Part shown: piece after piece, positions 9,160 to 19,863 of the stretch
Position numbering within the stretch: the first letter of the stretch is position 1
Layout of the letters: every line of letters begins with the position of its first letter
Assembly (NCBI RefSeq): GCF_006345805.1
Contig: NW_021823591.1
Span: forward strand, 1-21,961
Direction of reading: 5' to 3'
Source of the DNA: Octopus sinensis
Taxonomy: Eukaryota
DNA length: 21,961 nucleotides
Notes under the pieces: model-generated
Seen by the model: only the letters and a program-made list of their open reading frames with translations
The model's database searches: none
What the model was told of the DNA's origin: nothing
Made by a program: the position numbers and the translations under genes

Positions 9160-12100
9160 TGACTAGTCTTGCCGGATCTTCTCACGCACAGCATACTTCC
9201 ATAGGTCTCGGTCTCTGGTCATTTCCTTGGTGAACCTAAAGTTCGAAGGTCGTGCTTCACCACTTCGTCCCAGGTTTTCCTGGGTCTACCTCTTCCACAG
9301 GTTCCCTCAACTGCTAGGGTGTAGCACTTTTGCACACAACTATCTTCAGCCATTCTCGTCATATGACCATACCAGCGCAGCCGTCTCTCTTGCACACCAC
9401 AACTGACGCTTCTTAGGTTCAACTTTTCTCTCAAGTACTTACACTCTGACGATTATGAACACTGACATTACACATCCATCGGAGCATACTGGCTTCATTT
9501 CTTGCGAGCTTATGCATATCCTCAGCAGTCACGGCCCATGTTTCACTACCATGTAGCATGGCTGTACGTACCCATGCATTACAGTCTACCTTTTACTCTG
9601 AGCGAGAGGCCTTTTGTCACCAGCAGGGGTAAGAGCTCTCTAAACTTTGCCCAGGCTATTCTTACTCTAGCAGTTACACTTTCAGCACACCCCCCCCACT
9701 ACTAACTTGGTCTCCTAGGTAGCGGAAGCTATCAACTACTTCTAGTTTGTCTCCCTGGAACGTGGTAGAAGTTGGTCTCTGCACGTTTCCAGAGTTTATT
9801 TCTCCTGAGCATCTGCCACATACGAAAACTATCTTCCAGTTATTACCGACCTTTGACATTGCTGCACCTCTTATGTGTCCATAGCTTACACTTGGTGCAC
9901 CTTATAGATTTCTACCTACACCTTTTTTACAGATCGAGCAGGCCATCTACCTGAAGTCGTTTTTGGTTGGTCCACCTTCCTACTTATTAGGACTTTGGTT
10001 TTGGCTAGGTTGATTCTAAGGCCCTTCGATTCTAATCCTTGTTTCCACACCTGAAACTTCTCCTCCAGTTCTGATAGTGACTCAGCAATTAGAGCAAGGT
10101 CATCAGCATAGAGGAACTCCAGGGGCATCCTGTCTTGAATTCTTCCGTTATTGCCTGGAGGACTATGATAAATAAGAGGGGGCTGAGGACTGAACCTTGG
10201 TGGACCCCAACCTCTACCCGGAATTCTTCACTGTACTCGTGCCTACCCTCACCTTACTAGCAGCGTCTCTGTACATGGCTCGCACAGCTCTCACTAACCA
10301 TTCATCTATCCCTAGTTTTCTCATTGACCACCAGATAAGGGATCGGGGGACCCTGTCAAAGGCTTTCTCCATGTCAACAAAAGCCAGGTACAAGGGCTTA
10401 CTTTGGCTAGGTATTTCTCCTGCAGCTGTCTTACCAGGAATATAGCACAGTAGTACTTTTCCCTGGCACGAACCCAAACTGCATATCATCTAAGCGAACT
10501 CTCTCTCTAATTAATGGGCTATAACCCTCTCCGTACCTTCATTACCTGATCCACCGCTTGATGCCCTGTAGTTATTTGTATCTAGGGCGTCACCTTTACC
10601 TTTGTAGCAGTTGACTATTATGCTGCTACACCAGTCATTGGTATGACTCCTTCGTGTATCACCTGGTTACTATACGGTGACTATGCTATAGCCGACACTA
10701 CCAGATATTTTGAGCGTCTCTGCAGTAATTCCTGATGGGCCTGGGGCTTTCCCTGTCTTCATGCTTCTAATTGCCTTAGCTACCACGGAATATCAACTCG
10801 GATAGCTGCGTCCCTCTGTTGGGTCAACATTCGGCAGACTCTCTTTATCCCATTCATTTTCCTCATTCAGCAACAACCTTCATAGTGGTGTCTCCAAGCC
10901 TCTCTCTTTGCGTCCTCATTTAGTGCAAGTGAACCGTCATCCTTGCGTACACATTTCTCTCCTACCACATCACGATTCTCTCTCACACACTGTCTTGCAA
11001 CACGAAATACCTCAAGTCTTTCATCCTCACGGCGCAGGACATTGGCATATTTCTCTTTCTCTGCTTCCCCTCTGGCTAGATAGACCTGTCTCCTAGCTTC
11101 CCTTCTGGCAGTCTGATACACTTCCTCCCTGCTACCCCCGTTCTTCCAAGCCTGTTTCTTTTGTCTAATAGCCCTAGTCAACAATATTGTTCCACCACCA
11201 CGTTATTTTGGGTCTTAAAGGACTTTGCACCAGCCACAGATCTGGTCATGGATTTCAGCAGGTTGTCCTTCAGAGCATCCAGTTGTCTTCTACCCCATGC
11301 ATAGCTATACCCTCTTCCATTCGTCAAAGGCTTCAAGTAACATGTCTCTAAATCTCTGTCCATTCGCAGGGTCTTTAAGCTTCCAGACCCTTCTTCTCCA
11401 TGTTGGTCGTCTTCTAGTCGCCCTCTTATTCCTGATCCTAAAGTCACTAACTACCAGTCTATGTTGTGGGGTGCATTCTTCGCCTGGGAAGTTTTGGCAT
11501 TTATAAGCAGCCATCTTTCCCTTTTTCTGGCAAGGATGTAGTCGATTTGGCTAGTATGCCGGCCCGATCGGTAGGTGACCAGGTGGTTTGTTGTTTCCTG
11601 AAGTTAGTGTTGCAGACCATAAGACTATTCATCGCAGAACTCCAGCAGCCTGGTTCCCTCCTCGTTGCGGGAACCATAACCATAGCCTCCATGTACGCCA
11701 TGGAAGCCCCCAGCATGTCGTCCAACATGCCCATTGAAATCACCAGCCACAAATGGTTCGTCAATGAGGTGGTCTGCAGTAGGGTGTCATAGAAACTGTC
11801 TTTCTGTCCATTGGGTAGCCCTGGCTGAGGGGCATAGGCCGATATAATGGTTGCTAATCTATTATGAAGCACTATTCTAATCTTAAGTATTCTGTCACTT
11901 ACTCTGATTACCTCAATTACTCTATCTACCCATTTCTCAGCAATAAGTATACCCACGCCACCAACCCCGTCAGTGTTCCCTGCCCAGAAAATCTTGTACC
12001 TGTGTTCCTTGCCTGTGAGGAACCTAGCAGATCCTCCTCTCCACCTTATTTCTTGCATGCAACATACATCAACACGTCTCCGTTCAAGCATCTCAACTAT

Positions 12101-12215
12101 CTCGCCAGACCTACCTTTCAGTGGGCCAACGTTGAGGGTGCCCACCCTGAGGGTGTGGAAGGTATGGGCCCGAGAGGCCCAGGGACGGGGAGCAGTGGCG
12201 TCATGTACCTGAAAA
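9160..12215 (-). pseudogene. RTE EN-RT polyprotein ORF with many frameshifts
   Basis: Domain fragments lie in successive minus-strand ORFs (11501-12253, 11305-11514, 10867-11184, 10214-10489, 9916-10128, 9674-9859, 9219-9434). Confidence 0.9.
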
Positions 12216-12842
12216 GAAGAAGAAAGCTCGCATTTGGCAGAATTCATAAGCAAAGCAATGAACTTAAGTTCAACCTGTTACACTACACTATCATGTTTTT
12301 GCGCCGTATGGTCACCACCATATATAGAAGGGGTGGTATTGGCTTAAGCCTTTAGGTGTTCACGGAAGAAAAGCAAAGGAAGACAAGGTGAGATAAGGAC
12401 TTCTGGTACAGGTGGTGGGGGTGGGAGGGCGGGCGCACCGCGCACTGGGAGTAAGATGAGATTTAGGCGGCAGAAAGAAAGACAAGATTTGAGATGGAAT
12501 GCTTTGCGGTCGTGTGCATAAGTTTCTATGAGTGGAAGTTGGGAAGGATGGGTCAGAGAATTAAGCGACAGAAAGACCAGATTTGAGACGAGATGTTTTT
12601 GGCGGTCGTGTGAATAAGTTTTTGTGAGTGAAAGTTTATATGCTTCAGCTAGCATTTGAGACGAAAGACAACGATAACGCTAATATATGGGGAAACAATA
12701 ATAATAATAAGGCTTGATGGTGATAATAATGCTTGCAAAAACAATGAAAAGAGGAACAGGTCAGGAACTTAAATATGACTTAGCTGATATTTTTCATCCT
12801 GCGGTTCGTGATTCGTGTGTTACAGCCATATATATATATGAA

Positions 12843-13172
12843 GGCACATGGCTCAGTGGTTAGAGCATCGATCTTACGATCGTGAGGTTGTGAGTTCGAA
12901 TCCTGACTGGGCTGCGTGTTGTGTTCTTGAGCAAAACACTTTATTTCATGTGGCTCCAGTTCACTCAGCTGTAGAACTGAGTTGCGACATCACTGCTACC
13001 AAGCTGTATTGTGTTTTGCCTTTCCCTTGGATAACATCGGTGGTGTGGGGAGGGGACGCTGGTATGCATGGGCGACTGCTGGTCTTCCATAAACAACCTT
13101 GCCCAGACTTGTGCCTTGGAGAGTAACTTTCTAGGTGCAATCCCATGATTATTCATGACCGAAGTGAGTCTT

Positions 13173-13173
<1 letters not shown>
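12843..13173 (+). mobile_element. tRNA-derived SINE (second family), ~330 bp
   Basis: Pol III A box tggctcagtgg 12849-59 and B box gagttcgaatcc 12892-903; the acceptor stem does not pair; a long non-tRNA body follows, ending at (TA)n. Confidence 0.8.
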
Positions 13174-13211
<38 letters not shown>

Positions 13212-13270
13212 CACCCACAGATAGATATATATACATACATACATGCATTCATACATACACACACACATAT

Positions 13271-13465
13271 ATCATCATCATCATCATTTAATGTCCACCT
13301 TCCATGTAGGTATGGACTGGATGGTTTGACAGGAGCTGGCCAGTTAGAAGACTGCACCAGGCTACTGAGTCTGTTTTGGCAAGGTTTTTACAGCTGGATG
13401 CCCTTCCTAACACCAACCACCCCACAGAAAAGACTGAGTGCTTTATACATGGCACCTGCACAGGC
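13271..13465 (-). mobile_element. RTE-type 3' tail (SINE or truncated LINE)
   Basis: (CAT)n-ttaatgtcc...ttccatg...acagctggatgcccttcctaacaccaacc, homologous to 8412-8600. Confidence 0.75.
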
Positions 13466-13530
13466 AAGGGCAGGCAGGCAGACAAACAGATAGGTATGTA
13501 TGTATATATCTATATGTGAGTGTCCTTACA

Positions 13531-13670
13531 TTTGTGTTTGTCTCCCACCACCACTTGAAACCAGTGCTGGTTGGTTTATATCCCTGTAACTTAGCGGTTC
13601 AGCAAACAAGACCAACAGAATAAGTACCAGGCTTTAAAAAATGTACTGGAGTTCATTCATTTGACTAAAA
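13531..13670 (+). mobile_element. SINE 3' half fragment
   Basis: gtaacttagcggttcagcaaacaagaccaacagaataagtaccaggc is homologous to 20864-21060 and to the reverse complement of 21134-21330. Confidence 0.7.
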
Positions 13671-13706
13671 CTCATAGAGGCAGCAGCGATGACAATGACA
13701 ATGTTC

Positions 13707-13987
13707 GTAGTGGTGTGGTGGTGTTGATAGTAGTGATGGTGGTGGTGGTGGTAGTGGTGTTAGCGGTGGTGTTGATAGTTGTGGCGTTGGTAGTGGTGAT
13801 GGTCATGTTGGTAGTGGTGGTGTTGGTAGTGATGGTGGTGGTATTGGCAGTGGTGATGGTGATGGTGGTAGTGGTGTGGGTAGTGTTTGGTGTTGGTAGT
13901 GGTGGTGTTGGCAGTGGTGATGGTGGTAGTGGTGGTGTTGGTAGTGGTGTTGGTAGTGGTGGTGTTGGTAGGGTGATGATGATGATG
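13707..13987. repeat. compound (GGT/AGT/GAT)n trinucleotide microsatellite
   Basis: Read directly from the sequence. Confidence 0.95.
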
Positions 13988-14174
13988 AAAATATATTCAA
14001 TTGAAACAGTGATGGCGGTCTCTAAGTATTTTCCTATTTCTTTCAATCCCCAAGATCCTTTCCTCAACATTTACACCTTACCTTTCGTTCTGATTCCATG
14101 GCTTTGTTTTTGAGCTTCTCTCAGATGACTTTCCATCTTGTATTTTGGCAGTGTAATCTTTCAAAACCTGCATT

Positions 14175-14260
14175 TATATATATATATATATATAATATAT
14201 ATATACATACATATATTACACATATATATACATATACATACATACATACATATATATATA

Positions 14261-14300
<40 letters not shown>

Positions 14301-14483
14301 TTTGTCGTATCACTTTTCCACCTATTAGAGTTGCTTCCGTTTATATAACAGTTTTTCGTAGCCCCTGTTGCCTTTAATAGCGGACGAGAATGTATCGTAG
14401 CTCTTCGCTCCGGCATTCGAAATTCCGAGTACTATAATGGCAACCTTTTACTCTTTGTTTCCAATTCATAACACGCACACACG

Positions 14484-14564
<81 letters not shown>

Positions 14565-14595
14565 TATATATATATATATATATACATAATATATG
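14175..14595. repeat. (TA)n/(CATA)n microsatellite blocks flanking a unique ~170-bp island
   Basis: Read directly from the sequence. Confidence 0.9.
14367..14444 (+). ncRNA. degenerate type-I hammerhead-like motif (family 3)
   Basis: gttgcc..atag-CGGACGA(14381-87; U4>G)-gaatg/cattc stem II-GAAA(14419-22)-ttccga-GTA(14429-31)-ctat..ggcaac. Confidence 0.5.
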
Positions 14596-15021
14596 TATCT
14601 GAACGTGGTATGAACTGTAGCTGCACGACATCGTGAAGTATATTTGTCACTAAATGTGGCTAACGCCTAAGGGTGGATGCTATTGTAGCATGTAGCCCCA
14701 GGAGGACCCTCATCCAGCCCGCTATTGACACACTTTCTGTGCCCTATCAGTATTTGCAAAGAAAGCCGTCCTTCCCATCTGCAAACCTGTATGATACACA
14801 CGGCTTCGAGTTTTTGGGTATGACCCGTCATCAGCATGAGACAATCACCGGTTGTCGATGCAAAGTGGTTCCCTTTGCAAATAATAATGCTTTTCCAGTG
14901 ACGTAAACTCACTGACATCGAAAACAATAATAAATCTGTAAAAAGGATATATACTTGCAGAGAGAACCTATATTCATTGACAACCGGTGATTGTCCCCGG
15001 TGATTGTCACCAGTGATTGTC

Positions 15022-15500
15022 TCAAAATAAGCAACAGGATATCCAGAGGTAATGCAGTACGAGCGTTTCATGCAACTCCATTTAATTGAACAATGCAATC
15101 ATTACATCAATTTAAATGCAGAGCTATCCTCAGCTGCACAAAGAATGTAATTAAATTAAAACAGATGGACACATTAGTATAATTTTACCTAAAATCTCCA
15201 AGAAGTTAAGGAGATAGACAAAGCTAGATCTCTAACAAGTCTTTCTTTCTGATACCTTAGTATCTTCTAAGCTGAAGTGAAGACAGCATGTTCTTTGTCT
15301 ATCTCGATAACTTCTTTGATATTTTATATAAAATTATACTAATGTGTCCATCTGTTTTTTATTTAATTAAATTCTATGTCTTTATGCAGCTGAGGATTGC
15401 TCTGCATTTAAATTGATGAAAGATTGCATTCTTCAATTAAATGGAGTTGCGTGAAACGATGGTGCTGCATTACCTCTAGATATCCTTGTTGCTTTTTTGA
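15022..15500. repeat. inverted pair of family-2 hammerhead units with ~48-bp spacer
   Basis: 15022-15223 (-) has an intact core: tgcag-CTGAGGA...GAAAC-gctc-GTA-ctgca at 15138 to 15053. 15272-15500 (+) has its core at 15385-15469 with GTG at the cleavage triplet, so it is probably inactive. Confidence 0.9.
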
Positions 15501-15595
15501 TTTTAATCACTTTATTTTGAAACTGTTTGGATAATACCATACTAAATTCTTGTGCCTCAACTTAAGTACCTAATTCATCTGAATCTAAATTTTTT

Positions 15596-15702
<107 letters not shown>

Positions 15703-16199
15703 ATAAATCACAGAATAATTTTAAGAAAATATATTTTAACAAATATATTTAAGATATTCCGCGTTTACAAGATTATGTACATATATTTATTTATTTAATT
15801 ATTTTATTTTTTTATCTTGGACCTGGAAATTGGCTATATTTAAATCAAATTAATTTTACTGTTATCAGTTTTTTTTTAATATCGCCATGAACACGTGTAT
15901 CATTTTATCAATTACATACTTTTTATTATTATTTTGAGATTACTTAATCATTGTATATGTCTTTATCTTATATTTAATTTTTTTCTATATGGTATAATTT
16001 TATTATTTCATTGTTGAATTGAAATAGACGTTTTTTTTCTGATTTATATACATATACATACACACATGCATACATATGTTTCGAAGACAACATTGGTTTT
16101 ATTCCAAAGGAATAAACGGTGTAAAATGCAATCTTCTCATCAGGAGAACTGTTTGGAACTGCTCGAAAAGAGATCCATAAAATTACAAGATCACAGGTA

Positions 16200-18103
16200 C
16201 GAATACTCTCAGGCACGCTAACCTAGAAGCTAAAGGAATTATGAAATCGTGTGATTACAGATGAGACAGAACTGTTGAATCCCAGGCAACCTCGGTTTAT
16301 TTTAAAAGACCACAAACAGAACTTTTATACTAACCCATCATTACGGCTTATATGTCCCTCCAGCTCCGACATCGGTACTCTTAGTAAATACATCTTAGAT
16401 AAGTATATCCCTACATTAATCAATAAATTAAAACTTAGCTTATGGTCGAATTCTTTTCCAGTTGTAGATTGCTTTACTTCTATTACTAATAAAGTTAACA
16501 CTAAATTTATTCAGTTTGATATATCTAGCTTCTATTCATCAATCAACCCTATTATACTCAATAAGGCACTCTGCCATGCACACAGTAAAGCAGGTCTCTC
16601 TAGAGAGGAAATTAATGTGGTACTGGCTGCTAGGAAATCAATCATTAAGTTCGATAAGAAGTTGTGGATCCGGAAGGATACTCCCAATGCGTTCGATGTC
16701 CTAATGGGAAGTTCAGATTCCGCTCAAATTTCTGATTTGGTCGGAATATATATACTTTATGAAATGACCGACCAGTTCCCAGACAGCCGTGGTGGTCTAT
16801 ATCGTGATGATTGTCTGCTTTACCCCCAAAACATTTCAAATAAAAAAATACAGAAGGTTAAGAATAGATTAGGTTTTTTCGTAGAATGGGCTTTCACATC
16901 GTTTTTGACGATGAGTTAACTAAAGCTAACTTCTTAGATATTACTCTTAATTTACAAAATAACTCGTACTTCCTATACCAAAACCTTCCACGAATCTCAA
17001 GTATATTAGTCCTTCCAGTAATCACGCTAGGGCAATTACTAAGAATTTAGTTAAAAACATTTCAGTTATCCGCCAATGTTGACATTTTTAACGACAAGGC
17101 AGAATTTTATAACTCTGCCTTGGTTAAAGCTGGGTATAAAGAAAAAGTTACATACTTGATTCTGCTCAATCTCGTCCTTCATCTACTGTTCAAGACATAA
17201 AATCTAGTTGTAATAATACGAGTGATTTTAATTCTAATATTGTAAACAACACAAAACATAATATTCCTTTACGGGGTAAGGGAGGCAAGCATTATTTAAG
17301 CCCATTTTTCACTCTAGATTTATTTCACCGTCCTTTAAAGATAATACCACTTACAATTTGAATGTTACTCGGAAAACTATCTGGTTGTAATTCCGTTTGG
17401 AAAACAAATTAAATCTAATCTTCCTTACAATTCCGTGAAGTGGTTGGTAAAAACTTTCCAAAAAATTCTAGATATTATTCGATTATTACTCTCATATAGT
17501 TAGAGTTACCTTCTCCAACACAAAATCTTTCACAAATTATATCTTCTCATAATACCAGTCTGCTAATAAAGTTCATTTTCTGGGAGTTCCAATATTAATT
17601 TTGGTTATTCAGCCCCTCACATAATAATATAATAATAATATAATAATAATAATAATAATATAATAATAGCAATAAAACATGGTTTTGGTCTCTGAGGACA
17701 ACCCCACCAATTAAATTTATGTCTAATAATTCTAAGATCAAGAATTCTATATACCAGTGTAAATTTCTTGCGGTACCGGTCTACTTCTACATTGGAGCAT
17801 CCTCTTCCCAGTTATCTAAGAGAATTTTCCTATCATCATCATCATTTAGAGATAGCAGTAAACGTCATAGCACATGCTAAGTAAATTGGTTTTGGCATCT
17901 TAAAGACAACAATAAAGATTTTAAGTTAGATTGGTTCATCCTATCCATATCTTTTCCTTACGATAAGGGCAAGGATTTGTAACATTTGCAACTCTAACTC
18001 TTCCATATTCTCTTCTCTAAAATTAACCTTGTTAATACACTTATAAGATCGATCTTACAAATGTAAGCACTGGCAGAAACAACCTTTTAGCTCATATAAG
18101 TGA
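16200..18103 (+). pseudogene. Penelope RT + GIY-YIG endonuclease ORF, frameshifted, with an (AAT)n expansion at ~17622-17668
   Basis: ORF 16251-16919 covers the RT core. Further motifs are readable in shifted frames up to ...CKHWQKQPFSSYK* (TGA 18101-03). Confidence 0.85.
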
Positions 18104-18380
18104 TTTTACCAGTCTTTATAGTTTGAACAGTTAGTTTAACTTGCACTTTACTTTACTTCATAGAGAAATCTACTTCTAAGCCTTTGAACATTTTTTCAAC
18201 TAACGTATCCCTCTTTATTTGTTTCACTACTTATTTTTCTTTACCCTAACCCTTCTCTTTCTAGTATCTGCCTTTGACGTCGGATCTACTAGCGTTTTTT
18301 TTAAATACTTAATAACGTTCTGGTTATCATTTATGCAGTCATCGTAATTGTTATAATGTCTTGTTGTTGAGATAGGCTCT

Positions 18381-18470
18381 CTTTCTTTCCTGATGAGAAG
18401 ATTGCGTTTACACACGTTATTCCTTTGGAATAAAAACCAATGTTGTCTTCGAACACATGTCGAAATAAAG
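18381..18470 (+). ncRNA. type-I hammerhead ribozyme-like motif in the Penelope 3' pLTR (family 1)
   Basis: ctttctttc(18381-89)-CTGATGA(18390-96)-gaaga...tcttc-GAA[A]C-acat-GTC(18459-61)-gaaataaag. Stem I pairs 8/9. One A of GAAA is missing. Confidence 0.7.
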
Positions 18471-19215
18471 AATTTGAATAGCATCTGCGTTCAACTCCAT
18501 TTATTTTACTTATACTACACAAATTACTGCACATAACCCGGAGTTTCTACCTTTGAATAGGTCGCTTCATCCGTGTTACTTGCGTGAATTTTGATACCAT
18601 GGTAGCTGTTTATTGAATTTTCCATGTTAACATAAACAAAGGATAATTCATTCATTCATTTAAATATATATTATATTATAATAATATATATATATATATA
18701 AGCATCCAGAAAAATACAATATTACGCGCATGTGTAGTCATGTGCACACGTGATCACATAATGGTATGGTAGGTGGACACTTAACGATGATGATTGAATA
18801 ATTTCTTTCGGCAGTGGTTTCAACTTCTTCATGATTGATATCGTGTTGAGTTCAATGGCAGTCCCGGGTCTGATAATAAAAGACAAAAATATACACGGCT
18901 TATATTTGTTTCACTAAAAATGTAGTTTAGTTAATAATATTAGAGCGGAGTCAACATCAAAATTGGGTCTTGACCTTTTGACCGCCATATTTAGAAAACA
19001 TTTTTTATAACTAGACTTTCAAACTTCGTATACTTGTAGAATGTGTCATATAAACATCTTTTATTCTTGGCGTTGTTGAGAAAATTCTGTATTTTGCAAG
19101 TTATTTCTTGCTAAGTTCTCGTATTTCGTTAATTTCAACCATCAATGACGTGTATTCAGCTGATAAATTACTGCAGTTGTTTTCACACTTCCCACGATGT
19201 ATATACATATACACA

Positions 19216-19248
<33 letters not shown>

Positions 19249-19269
19249 ACACACACACATAATATATAT

Positions 19270-19425
19270 ACGACGGCTTTATTCCGTTTCCGTCTATCAA
19301 ATCCACTCACAAGGCTTTGGTCGGCCCGAGGCTATAGTAGAAGATACTTGCCCAGGTGCCACGCAGTGGGACTGAACCCGAACCATGTGGTTGGTAAGCA
19401 AGCTACTTACCACACAGCCACTCCT
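19270..19425 (-). mobile_element. tRNA-derived SINE 5' half
   Basis: Homologous to 20303-20462 in reverse complement. Confidence 0.9.
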
Positions 19426-19546
19426 ATGTATATTATATGTATATATATATATATAGTATATATATAATAATATATAATATATATATATCTGTATGTATGT
19501 ATGTATATCTATATATATAATATGTTATATATATGCACATATATAT

Positions 19547-19705
19547 ACGACGGGCTTCTTTCAGTTTCCCGTCTACCTTTCCACTCACAAGGCTTTGGTC
19601 GACCCGGGGCTATAGCAGAAGACACTTACCCAAGGTGCAGCGCAGTGGGACTGAACCCAGAACCATGTAGTTGATAAGCAAAGCTACTTACCACACAGCC
19701 ACTCC
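19547..19705 (-). mobile_element. tRNA-derived SINE 5' half
   Basis: Same family as above. Confidence 0.9.
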
Positions 19706-19863
19706 AGTTTTTTTTTTGTGTGTTTTTTAAACTAGGATGGTTCACTCTGTGTAGTTCGAAAATTGTAAAATAATAAATTAAAGTTTCGTTTTTGGCTTTA
19801 CTTCATTTCTGACACGTGTTCGTATGGGTGAATATGTGTCCTGCAAATTTCACGTAGGTGTGT

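Larger units (their letters stand above)
8412..12215 (-). mobile_element. RTE-clade LINE, near full length, frameshifted
   Basis: AP endonuclease (LRVGTLNVGPLKGRSGEIVEML...QEIRW...SAYAPQ), RT (AFVDMEKAFDRVPR; HQGSVLSPLLF; LLYADDLALIA; FRYLGD), C-terminal QERRLRWYGH...RGRPRKTW, a 3' UTR with ggatgcccttcctaacgccaacc and a (GAT)n tail at 8412-8431. The 5' boundary is uncertain and may reach ~12700. Confidence 0.95.
16071..18510 (+). mobile_element. Penelope-like retroelement, 5'-truncated, with an inverted pLTR fragment at the 5' end and a hammerhead-bearing 3' pLTR
   Basis: RT motifs FILKDHK, QFDISSFY, MGSSDSAQISDLVG, GLYRDD, NFLDITL and SNH; GIY-YIG remnant SIYQC...YIGAS (17746-17800). 16071-16146 is the reverse complement of 18387-18461. 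Confidence 0.9.

Noticed and set aside
12215-12700. HDV-like ribozyme at the RTE 5' end (known in some RTEs)
   Set aside because: I could not build the nested double pseudoknot by eye and saw only a simple accacc/ggtggt hairpin. A descriptor search is needed.
12843-12915. Possible tRNA gene
   Set aside because: A and B boxes are present, but the acceptor stem does not pair and the sequence runs on into a SINE body.
13661-14113. Val/Gly-rich and antisense Thr/Pro/His-rich ORFs resembling a membrane or mucin protein
   Set aside because: These are stop-free readings of a GGT/AGT/GAT trinucleotide repeat, with no splice or domain support.
17692-17698. CTGAGGA as a further hammerhead core
   Set aside because: It lies in Penelope coding sequence, with no stem II, GAAA or NUH arrangement downstream.
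18900-19200. Possible non-autonomous DNA transposon fragment (also 19730-19860 and 14590-14840)
   Set aside because: It looks repeat-like, but I found no TIR pair, target-site duplication, second copy or coding motif in the window.
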